IMG/VR virus record: IMGVR_UViG_3300033120_000852 | Span: 32,685 to 96,684 of that record | DNA length: 64,000 nt | DNA from: a virus | Direction: 5' to 3' (one strand) | Shown: positions 1 through 6,613 of the stretch, one piece after another | Position numbering within the stretch: position 1 is the stretch's first letter | Layout: the number at the start of each line of letters is the position of its first letter | The notes under the pieces: model-generated | Told to the model about the DNA's origin: nothing | What the model saw: the letters and a program-made list of their open reading frames with translations, nothing else | Databases searched by the model: none | Translations under genes and position numbers: made by a program

Positions 1-254
1 GGCATTTCTGCTGATTCAGGATCATTCACACCATTTAAACTAGTTTTTTCTAACCAATCTGCAAAGAATTGTTCTACATCTACATCTTTGTCGAGGTTGT
101 TTGCAACTCTGTAACTTGCGGTGCTTGTTCCGTTTGTTAAAACGCAAAATAATGCGATTTTATCAAGTCTTTCAACCGTCATCGCATAATTATCAGCAAT
201 GAAATCAACACCTTGTTTGTCACTTTTACCGGAATACTTTTTTAGATTGTTCAT
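1..254 (-). CDS. Hypothetical protein, runs off the window edge
   Basis: Translated by hand from ATG at 254 (MNNLKKYSGKSDKQGVDFIADNYAMTVERL...). Open to base 1, with an A-rich leader. Not in the ORF track. Confidence 0.75.
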   Translation of the reverse strand, partial: MNNLKKYSGKSDKQGVDFIADNYAMTVERLDKIALFCVLTNGTSTASYRVANNLDKDVDVEQFFADWLEKTSLNGVNDPESAEM

Positions 255-303
255 CTTTTTTTTGTTTGATTGTTAAAAAATAAATAAAAATTGAATTGTT
301 TGT

Positions 304-378
304 ATTACCTCAATAGCCTAATAAATAGACTATTGAACGCTTTGAGCCTAAAATCTTTTTATACTCGCTCAAACGAGT
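304..378 (-). ncRNA. Pistol self-cleaving ribozyme (putative)
   Basis: Minus strand reads ACTCG-TTTGAG-CGAGT-ATAAAAAG-ATT-TTAGG-CTCAAA-GCG-TTCAATAGTCTA-TTTAT-TAGGCTATTGAG-GT-AAT. P1 is ACTCG/CGAGT, and its loop TTTGAG pairs with CTCAAA (pseudoknot). The AAA, TTAGG and GCG linkers, a 12-bp P3 and a G-T scissile dinucleotide (308/307) are present. P2 is short (ATT/AAT). Confidence 0.8.
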
Positions 379-584
379 TATTTCCTTTTCCTTTGTTGCT
401 TACCAAAACTAAATTCTAGTGTATAATTACCACTAGTAAGAATTTCAACAAATGCCGGTATAACATCAACCAAATAATTTTTCTTAATTCTTTTCTCGTT
501 AATTCTGCTTTGAGCAGTTTTAACATCACGATTAATAATTCTTTTCCTTAGTGGTGGTGCTGGATAATTTGAAACGTATTCCAT
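378..584 (-). CDS. Small basic hypothetical protein
   Basis: ORF track, 68 aa, A-rich leader. Its stop codon abuts the pistol element. Confidence 0.7.
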   Translation of the reverse strand: MEYVSNYPAPPLRKRIINRDVKTAQSRINEKRIKKNYLVDVIPAFVEILTSGNYTLEFSFGKQQRKRK

Positions 585-631
585 TTTATTAGTTAATTAA
601 GGTAAAAAAATGACTTTATGCTATAATTGTC

Positions 632-934
632 TTAAAAAGTTTTTGGCTTGTCTCGTATGTCATACCATGATATAGTACTACAACGGCCAAACTTTAATCC
701 TACATCTAATTGTTTGTAAGGTAATACTAGTTTAGTTGTTGTTCCATCTTTGTGATGAAAAAAGAAATAAAATAGTGTATCAGGATCAATTTTTGTTTTA
801 TTTTTTTTGTGCTTGTAGTAGTAAACAATAAATATTATTACAAGAGCAATAAACACACAAATACAAGATAGTAGAACTTTCATATTATTGATAGTTAAGA
901 AGTTACAAAATAAACAGGCACTAATAAAATCCAT
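632..934 (-). CDS. Small membrane protein
   Basis: Hydrophobic stretch VLLSCICVFIALVIIFIVYYY followed by KHKKNK. The start may be the internal Met of MKVLL. Confidence 0.65.
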   Translation of the reverse strand: MDFISACLFCNFLTINNMKVLLSCICVFIALVIIFIVYYYKHKKNKTKIDPDTLFYFFFHHKDGTTTKLVLPYKQLDVGLKFGRCSTISWYDIRDKPKTF

Positions 935-948
935 TAAAAGGGTAATCT

Positions 949-1113
949 TTAATAACTTATTAATATAGAGTCTATTAAGTCAGCCTCTATATTTACTTTG
1001 CATTCTCTTGTTTCAAATCGCAAGCCCTCAGTAACAAAATTAACTTTAAACCCTTTAAGAGGTATAAAAGTTTGTTCTTCTCCATTTTTAAATAAAATAG
1101 TTAATTCTTTCAT
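949..1113 (-). CDS. Small hypothetical protein (54 aa)
   Basis: Translated by hand: MKELTILFKNGEEQTFIPLKGFKVNFVTEGLRFETRECKVNIEADLIDSILISY*. Not in the ORF track. Confidence 0.7.
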   Translation of the reverse strand: MKELTILFKNGEEQTFIPLKGFKVNFVTEGLRFETRECKVNIEADLIDSILISY

Positions 1114-1135
1114 TGACTTATGATTTTAATTGTTT

Positions 1136-1195
1136 GTCTCATCAGTATTGCAGGAACTACCATGCAATAGACTAGCTTAATTAGCTAGTTTCGAC
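1136..1195 (-). ncRNA. Type II hammerhead ribozyme
   Basis: Minus strand reads GTC-GAAA-CTAGCT-AATTA-AGCTAG-TC-TATTGCA-TGGTAGTTCC-TGCAATA-CTGATGA-GAC. The core is intact (CUGAUGA, GAAA, GUC cleavage triplet). Stems III and I are perfect and stem II is open (GTC/GAC). Predicted cut between 1170 and 1169. Confidence 0.92.
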
Positions 1196-1309
1196 CATAT
1201 TCTTCAATCGTTCATCAATCCATTTACTAAGGCTACTATCAACTTCTTGCTGAATGTCTTTAATCAATTCTAGTAATTCGTACTCTAATTGTGTTGTTGT
1301 TTCAGGCAT
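1181..1309 (-). CDS. Small acidic hypothetical protein (42 aa)
   Basis: Translated by hand: MPETTTQLEYELLELIKDIQQEVDSSLSKWIDERLKNMVETS*. The last codons and the stop lie inside the hammerhead. Confidence 0.7.
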   Translation of the reverse strand: MPETTTQLEYELLELIKDIQQEVDSSLSKWIDERLKNMVETS

Positions 1310-1394
1310 AAGATTTGAGTTTAAAGGTGCTAACAATAAATAAAACTACCGCTACAAGAATAAATATAATAATAGTATGTAATAACACCATCAT
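1302..1394 (-). CDS. 30-aa single-pass membrane peptide
   Basis: Translated by hand: MMVLLHTIIIFILVAVVLFIVSTFKLKSYA*. Its end overlaps the start of the next ORF (ATGCCTGA). Confidence 0.55.
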   Translation of the reverse strand: MMVLLHTIIIFILVAVVLFIVSTFKLKSYA

Positions 1395-1547
1395 CACTAG
1401 TTAGTTTAGATGTTAATTTTGTTGATAATATGCTATAATAATCATAATTTTTGATAAATGTCAAGTTTGTTTTACATTTTGTAATGTATGTTTTACTTAT
1501 TGGGTAATCTTTCAATCACACAAAAACAAATAAAAAATAAATTATAA

Positions 1548-1652
1548 CTACTTCATTCTCAACAACATACAAGAATCAACAACATTAATTAACATCCAAA
1601 GAATAAATACTATCCAAAGAGCAAACAACAACATTTTTAATAAATTTCTCAT
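1548..1652 (-). CDS. 34-aa membrane peptide
   Basis: Translated by hand: MRNLLKMLLFALWIVFILWMLINVVDSCMLLRMK*. ATGA overlap with the upstream ORF. Confidence 0.55.
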   Translation of the reverse strand: MRNLLKMLLFALWIVFILWMLINVVDSCMLLRMK

Positions 1653-1789
1653 ATCTTTTCAAGTTTAAAGCCTTTAATGTCAGTAGATACACTATAAGCG
1701 TTATCTAATAGCGATAAAACAATATTTAAAGGGTGTGACATACTTATATAAGAAGCATTATCAGTATAGTAAACAGTTAATTTGTACAT
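1649..1789 (-). CDS. Small hypothetical protein (46 aa)
   Basis: Translated by hand: MYKLTVYYTDNASYISMSHPLNIVLSLLDNAYSVSTDIKGFKLEKI*. ATGA-coupled to the next ORF. Confidence 0.6.
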   Translation of the reverse strand: MYKLTVYYTDNASYISMSHPLNIVLSLLDNAYSVSTDIKGFKLEKI

Positions 1790-1821
1790 ATATAAGAGCA
1801 ATTAAAAGATTAAAAACATTA

Positions 1822-2071
1822 AAAGTCTCGAAAAATCCCGGTAAAACACTTTTACTAAAAATACAAAACCTCATTTAAACGCAATAAAGGCACATTTGAC
1901 AAAATGAAAAAATACAACAAAGACTAAAATAGTCTAATATGTATGTAATACTGTTATTGTTTTGTCAAAATCATTAAAATCTTAATCAAAAAACAGAATA
2001 AATCATAACAAAACGGACTAAAAACAGTATAATATACTGTAAAGTCTCCGATTTTCCCGGTAAAACACTTT
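1822..2071. repeat. 31-bp direct repeat pair bracketing a non-coding region
   Basis: AAAGTCTC-gaaaaa-TCCCGGTAAAACACTTT (1822-1852) and AAAGTCTC-cgattt-TCCCGGTAAAACACTTT (2041-2071). Confidence 0.9.
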
Positions 2072-2085
2072 GTTAACCAAACAAT

Positions 2086-2343
2086 CTACTGTTTTCTATG
2101 TAAATTGTTCCACAATTCACTAAATACTTTGTCTGCTTCAATATCCTTTTTAATCTTTTTTCGTCTGCTCTTATTAGTATAATCAATGATTATAAAGTAT
2201 AACCATAAACAACTAAGCACAATCAATGCAATAGTAACAACTAAATGAATCAAATGACTAGTTAAACAGTACAGTGTAGCCATTAAATAAACTCCAATTA
2301 GAGTAATAACTAATCTAATTGTATTGAATGTAATTGTATTCAT
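2086..2343 (-). CDS. Two-TM membrane protein, first gene of the minus-strand array
   Basis: Two hydrophobic segments followed by a basic C-terminal tail. Confidence 0.7.
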   Translation of the reverse strand: MNTITFNTIRLVITLIGVYLMATLYCLTSHLIHLVVTIALIVLSCLWLYFIIIDYTNKSRRKKIKKDIEADKVFSELWNNLHRKQ

Positions 2344-2431
2344 GTGCTTTTAGGTTAAAATTAATTAATGTTTTTGTTTTAAATTTATTGTTTTTGATTT
2401 AATTTCAAAAAACAATTATTCGTATAGAAAG

Positions 2432-2492
2432 TAAGGGGGGTACCCTATCTCTCAAATACTGGTGGGGGGTAGTTCAATAAGGGGTAACACCC
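2432..2492. other. G-rich element at the transcription strand switch
   Basis: GGGGGGTA twice, GGGGTA once, the palindrome GGGTACCC (2438-2445) and the hairpin GGGT-AAC-ACCC (2482-2492), all within extremely AT-rich DNA. Confidence 0.7.
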
Positions 2493-2533
2493 AACTTACA
2501 CAAATAAAATTTCAAAAATAAAATCAAAAAAAT

Positions 2534-2564
2534 TTTGAAAAATTAAATTTTCTGTATATCTTTG
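2534..2564 (+). promoter_or_regulatory. Bacteroidota housekeeping-type promoter
   Basis: TTTG (2534-2537), 19-nt spacer, TATCTTTG (2557-2564), 20 nt before the ATG at 2585. Matches the -33/-7 consensus. Confidence 0.8.
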
Positions 2565-2584
2565 TATAAATTAAATATTTAAAT

Positions 2585-2836
2585 ATGGAACATCAATATG
2601 AAAAACCACATTATAGACTTTACTATTTTGAGTCAGGACAATTAAAGAAAGCTCCTAGTTATATGAAAAACAAACATTATAATATAGATGTCCTCTTAGA
2701 TGATATTAAATTTTATTATAAATTAAGATTAAATAAATCACAAAAAATTAAGCAATTTGTAATAGTGTATTGGGAAAAGAATTATACTGATAGTATTGAA
2801 AGAATAATTGAAGAAGTAGATTTTAAATTTGATTAA
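2585..2836 (+). CDS. Hypothetical protein
   Basis: ORF track; directly follows the promoter. Confidence 0.75.
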   Translation: MEHQYEKPHYRLYYFESGQLKKAPSYMKNKHYNIDVLLDDIKFYYKLRLNKSQKIKQFVIVYWEKNYTDSIERIIEEVDFKFD

Positions 2837-2837
2837 A

Positions 2838-2948
2838 ATGACAAGTAAAGAAATAGAAGAAATCTTAGCAGTTAATAAACAAGTAGATTTTGAAAGAATT
2901 AATGCTAAACTTAGGAATGGAATTGTTGTAAGATATGATATGGGTTAA
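2838..2948 (+). CDS. Small hypothetical protein (36 aa)
   Basis: Translated by hand (MTSKEIEEILAVNKQVDFERINAKLRNGIVVRYDMG*). Fills the gap between its neighbours. Confidence 0.55.
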   Translation: MTSKEIEEILAVNKQVDFERINAKLRNGIVVRYDMG

Positions 2949-2949
2949 T

Positions 2950-3153
2950 ATGGGAAAAATTTTAGATAAACTACATGAAAAATGTATTGTTAAATTTTAT
3001 TTAAATAATGAAAGAACACAATATGAATACGCAGATTGTGAGGGTGGTGTTTTAGTTGTAGAACAACGTGATCAATACAATGAAACCTATTTGAGTAAAG
3101 AAGAATTAAAAGAGCTTATAGAAGAATTAAAAGAATTAGTTGAAAGAATATGA
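2950..3153 (+). CDS. Hypothetical protein
   Basis: ORF track gives 2935..3153. The ATG at 2950, just after the upstream stop, is the more likely start. Confidence 0.7.
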   Translation: MGKILDKLHEKCIVKFYLNNERTQYEYADCEGGVLVVEQRDQYNETYLSKEELKELIEELKELVERI

Positions 3154-3398
3154 ACGAATCACAAAGAGAAACAATGTACAATGCTTGGGCTTCTAGTAAA
3201 ATATTTCTAGAAGTAGAAAAAACACCAACCTTTGATTCAGTTATAGTATCTACTAAATATAATGGTCAAACTTATTTAGAAGAATGTTTTATTAAAGAAT
3301 GTTATGGGAGTGCAGATCCTTACAATATAGCTTTTAATAGATTACTTAGAAGATTACAAGAAATAAATAAAAATATAGAATTAAGATATGAAATATGA
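3150..3398 (+). CDS. Hypothetical protein
   Basis: ORF track; ATGA overlap with the upstream gene. Confidence 0.75.
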   Translation: MNESQRETMYNAWASSKIFLEVEKTPTFDSVIVSTKYNGQTYLEECFIKECYGSADPYNIAFNRLLRRLQEINKNIELRYEI

Positions 3399-3771
3399 AT
3401 TAGATGAATTATGGTCTTTAGATGATGAATTTGTAAAACAACAAGAACAATTAAAAGATTATGATCTTAATAAAATATATAGTGATGCATATATTGATTT
3501 AAGATTAAAAGAAGATAGAGAACTTCAATATATTACTCCTTATGATAAAGAAAAATTTGAATTAGATAGACTTATATTTCGTTATGAGAGATTTGATAAT
3601 TCTAATGAATATCGTTCTTTAGAAGCTCTTAAAGGTTATATAAGAGAATTGGGTTATAACTGTCAAAGTTTTCAATATGAAGAAAATATTAATTTAGGAA
3701 AATATATGGATATTAAGAGAATTAATCTTATTATTGAAAACGATAGAGTTAGAAATTATTTTATAGGATAA
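3388..3771 (+). CDS. Hypothetical protein
   Basis: ORF track; short overlap with the upstream gene. Confidence 0.75.
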   Translation: MKYELDELWSLDDEFVKQQEQLKDYDLNKIYSDAYIDLRLKEDRELQYITPYDKEKFELDRLIFRYERFDNSNEYRSLEALKGYIRELGYNCQSFQYEENINLGKYMDIKRINLIIENDRVRNYFIG

Positions 3772-3790
3772 AAATAAATATTACAATTTA

Positions 3791-3822
3791 CTTGAATATG
3801 TCATAAATATTCCTTACCTTTG
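3791..3822 (+). promoter_or_regulatory. Bacteroidota housekeeping-type promoter
   Basis: CTTG (3791-3794), 20-nt spacer, TACCTTTG (3815-3822), upstream of the ATG at 3852. Confidence 0.75.
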
Positions 3823-3851
3823 TTGAAATAAAACTTATTAAGACTCATAGT

Positions 3852-4019
3852 ATGGAAAATAAGAAAATCTGGACTAAGGAAGAAAAACAATTAGCAAATG
3901 AAATTTGTGATAAAATAAATAATGATCCTAATTTTAGAAAATGGGATGGATTTATGAATTGTCAAGGACCAAAAGCAACACCAAGATATTTAGAAGATGA
4001 AAGAAATAATTCCAAGTAA
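3852..4019 (+). CDS. Small hypothetical protein (55 aa)
   Basis: Translated by hand (MENKKIWTKEEKQLANEICDK...RNNSK*); follows the promoter. Confidence 0.6.
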   Translation: MENKKIWTKEEKQLANEICDKINNDPNFRKWDGFMNCQGPKATPRYLEDERNNSK

Positions 4020-4140
4020 GAAAGTTCAAAAAATAATGATAAAAGGATTATCTGAACTAACTGGTTGTAAACACATGACTATTAAAAATACTTCTTTTAA
4101 ATGGTTAATAATTGATATGACAAATGATTCCAAAAACTAA
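3997..4140 (+). CDS. Small hypothetical protein (47 aa)
   Basis: Translated by hand (MKEIIPSKKVQKIMIKGLSEL...DSKN*); overlaps both neighbours. Confidence 0.5.
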   Translation: MKEIIPSKKVQKIMIKGLSELTGCKHMTIKNTSFKWLIIDMTNDSKN

Positions 4141-4516
4141 TTATAAAAGAAGATATAATGCTTTAATTAGTAAAGCTAAAAAAAGGGATCTAAAGATCTT
4201 TCATGAAAAGCATCATATCATACCTAAATGTATGGGAGGAAGTAATGATCCTTCTAATATAGTTAAGTTAACAAGTAAAGAGCATTATTGGGCTCATTAT
4301 TTACTAGCTAAAATGTATCCAGAAAATAGTAAATTAGCTTATGCGTTTTATATGATGTGTACAGATAAACAAGATTATAGAACTGAAGTATCAGATAAAT
4401 TATTAGCTTCAGCAAAGAGAATATTTAAAAACAATGAAAGCACTTATAGAAGTAACATTAAAACAAAGAACAAAACAACTAGATCTTACAAGAGTAACAG
4501 AAATAGAATTAGATAA
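4124..4516 (+). CDS. HNH homing-endonuclease-like protein
   Basis: HEKHHIIPKCMGGSNDPSNIVKLTSKEHYWAHYLL is a typical phage HNH motif. Confidence 0.85.
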   Translation: MIPKTNYKRRYNALISKAKKRDLKIFHEKHHIIPKCMGGSNDPSNIVKLTSKEHYWAHYLLAKMYPENSKLAYAFYMMCTDKQDYRTEVSDKLLASAKRIFKNNESTYRSNIKTKNKTTRSYKSNRNRIR

Positions 4517-4604
4517 TAAAATTAATATAGAAAAAGAAGTAGATATTATACTTCTAGAGTTAATTAAAAAGAATTTTAAACATTCAATTGAAGTAGTAGG
4601 TTAA
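4434..4604 (+). CDS. Small hypothetical protein (56 aa)
   Basis: Translated by hand (MKALIEVTLKQRTKQLDL...IEVVG*). TAATG-coupled to 4604 and overlapping the HNH 3' end. Confidence 0.55.
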   Translation: MKALIEVTLKQRTKQLDLTRVTEIELDNKINIEKEVDIILLELIKKNFKHSIEVVG

Positions 4605-4828
4605 TGAATACAAATAAAAAATTAAAAGATTATTTAGATAAACATCCGGGAATTGGTAGTTCTAAATTTAAAATTACTTTCAAAGATGAAAATTTTAAAA
4701 ATGATCCGGTCTTAGATATTCCAGAAGAAGGTAACATAACTAAATTTTTAGGATCTATGTCTCCAACTCCAGAAGAAATAATTAAAAATATCATTGATAC
4801 TGAAAATAAAAAAAGACATGGTTTCTGA
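4604..4828 (+). CDS. Hypothetical protein
   Basis: ORF track. Confidence 0.65.
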   Translation: MNTNKKLKDYLDKHPGIGSSKFKITFKDENFKNDPVLDIPEEGNITKFLGSMSPTPEEIIKNIIDTENKKRHGF

Positions 4829-4967
4829 TAATCCTAAATATCCAATAATTACTAAAAGTCTCTATGGAGATTTATGGAAAATAGAAGAAGAAAATAAAAT
4901 AATGTTTATTAATCAAAAGAATTTAGAAAAATACTTAGAGAAAAATGAAAGATCGAAAAAAGATTAA
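4818..4967 (+). CDS. Small hypothetical protein (49 aa)
   Basis: Translated by hand (MVSDNPKYPIITKSLYGDLWKIEE...SKKD*). Confidence 0.5.
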   Translation: MVSDNPKYPIITKSLYGDLWKIEEENKIMFINQKNLEKYLEKNERSKKD

Positions 4968-5097
4968 AGTTTGTATGAAGTGCAATAAACTTTATGAGAA
5001 ATGTTATTGTGCTTATCCAGCAAAACATTATATTGGAATGAAAGAATTAGCAGAAATATTAACACTAGAAGAAATAAATAATGGGAAGATTTTATAA
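4945..5097 (+). CDS. Small putative zinc-binding protein (50 aa)
   Basis: Translated by hand; contains CMKCNKLYEKCYC (CxxC-x6-CxC). Confidence 0.5.
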   Translation: MKDRKKIKVCMKCNKLYEKCYCAYPAKHYIGMKELAEILTLEEINNGKIL

Positions 5098-5392
5098 ATT
5101 TAAAGCAGCTTGTCTAACATCAGAAGCAATTGATCAAATACAATTAGATGAAGACTTAGGTATTACTAGAGATAAAGAATTACAATTTAAAGATTTACCT
5201 GTTAGACTAGGTTATATTGTTTCTTATACTCCTTTAAAGACTACAGATATTAATAATAGAAGTAATCCTAGAATGTTAGATGATGAAGAAATGTGGATTG
5301 AAGCACAATATATTAATATAAGTCTTATAGATGGAACTGAATACACTATTAAACACGATATTCAGGATTTTGAATTGCTAATGAATAGTTAA
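5081..5392 (+). CDS. Hypothetical protein
   Basis: ORF track; TAATG-coupled to the next gene. Confidence 0.75.
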   Translation: MGRFYKFKAACLTSEAIDQIQLDEDLGITRDKELQFKDLPVRLGYIVSYTPLKTTDINNRSNPRMLDDEEMWIEAQYINISLIDGTEYTIKHDIQDFELLMNS

Positions 5393-5967
5393 TGACTAGA
5401 TTAGAAGAATTAAAAATTTGCAAACCTCCTATAAATAAAACTTTTATATATACTCTTGAAGATACAAAAGGAAATATTAGATATATTGGTAGAACAGAAT
5501 TATCCTTAAGAGAAAGATTTGAAAATCATTTAAAAAAAAGAAATTATTCTAATGATCATAAAAATAACTGGATTAAGTTATTATTTAATAATAATCAAAA
5601 ACCAATAATTAAATTATTAGATATTGTAAATACGAATGAGCAAGATTATTGGGAAGATTTTTATATAGATTTATTTAAATCTTGGAATTTTGATTTAACA
5701 AATTCACTTAAATCAAAATATTCTGGAAAAAGACATTCTGACGAAACTAAATTAAAAATTAGTTTAGCTTTAAAAGGAAAAAAGCAATCAGAAGAAACAA
5801 AATTAAAAAGAAAATTAAGTTCAATAGAAACTTGGAAAAATGAAGAACTTCGAAAATTAAAGAGTATTCAAACATCAAATTTAAATCGTTTAGGGATAAC
5901 AGGATTAAAAAATAAAAAATTAACTATAGATAATAATGGTCAGCGAACTTGGAAAAAAATTTATTAA
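5392..5967 (+). CDS. GIY-YIG homing endonuclease with NUMOD3-like repeats
   Basis: FIYTLED...RYIGRT...LRERFENH catalytic pattern, plus GKRHSDETKLKISLALKGKKQSEETKLK DNA-binding repeats. Confidence 0.88.
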   Translation: MTRLEELKICKPPINKTFIYTLEDTKGNIRYIGRTELSLRERFENHLKKRNYSNDHKNNWIKLLFNNNQKPIIKLLDIVNTNEQDYWEDFYIDLFKSWNFDLTNSLKSKYSGKRHSDETKLKISLALKGKKQSEETKLKRKLSSIETWKNEELRKLKSIQTSNLNRLGITGLKNKKLTIDNNGQRTWKKIY

Positions 5968-6379
5968 AAGCTTTGAAGGATTACGTTTAGTTGCATATCT
6001 TGATACTGGTGGAGTTTATACAATTGGCTACGGAACAATAGCTTATCCTAATAGAACAAGAGTCAAGAAAGGTGATAAATGTACCCTACAACAAGCAGAA
6101 GAATACTTTACAGAAGACTTAGAAACGTTTGAAGCTGTTGTAGACAGATTAGTTAAATCAAATATGACACAAAATCAATACGACATGACTTGCTCTATTT
6201 GTTATAATATAGGAGCCACAGCATTTAAAAATTCAACTTTATTAAAAGTATTAAATATGAATGCTGATGATAAAACAAATGTTAGTAAACAGTGGATGCG
6301 TTGGATTTATGATAATGGTAATAAAGTAACAGGATTAGAAAATAGAAGAAAAGCAGAACTTAAAATATATTTTTCATGA
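5936..6379 (+). CDS. Phage lysozyme / endolysin (GH24, T4-like)
   Basis: FEGLRLVAYLDTGGVYTIGYG (E-x8-D-x5-T triad) and C-terminal GLENRRKAE. Confidence 0.93.
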   Translation: MVSELGKKFIKSFEGLRLVAYLDTGGVYTIGYGTIAYPNRTRVKKGDKCTLQQAEEYFTEDLETFEAVVDRLVKSNMTQNQYDMTCSICYNIGATAFKNSTLLKVLNMNADDKTNVSKQWMRWIYDNGNKVTGLENRRKAELKIYFS

Positions 6380-6609
6380 TTGAATTAATAGACAGTTTAA
6401 ATAGTATTAAATATTTTTTTGTAAGATTATATTTAAAAATATTTAAACCTGAGAAAATAATTAAAATAGGTTTTAATACACCAAAACCTTTTAAAACAGG
6501 AGAAATAATTATATCAGGAAATAAAGATACTGATTTATTACATATAGGTAAAAATCAATTTGTATTACCCAAGAGAAAAATGTATCACAGAAAAATGCTA
6601 CAAAAATGA
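6376..6609 (+). CDS. Hypothetical protein
   Basis: ORF track; ATGA overlap with the lysozyme gene. Confidence 0.6.
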   Translation: MIELIDSLNSIKYFFVRLYLKIFKPEKIIKIGFNTPKPFKTGEIIISGNKDTDLLHIGKNQFVLPKRKMYHRKMLQK

Positions 6610-6613
6610 TAAA

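Noticed and set aside
1330..1515. ORF-track 61-aa ORF on the minus strand
   Set aside because: It has a non-ATG start and spans a promoter-like region. A better ORF (1302..1394) that overlaps the next gene's start lies in another frame.
5392..5967. Possible group I intron around the GIY-YIG gene
   Set aside because: The flanking genes look complete and are directly coupled or overlapping, leaving no non-coding space for an intron core.
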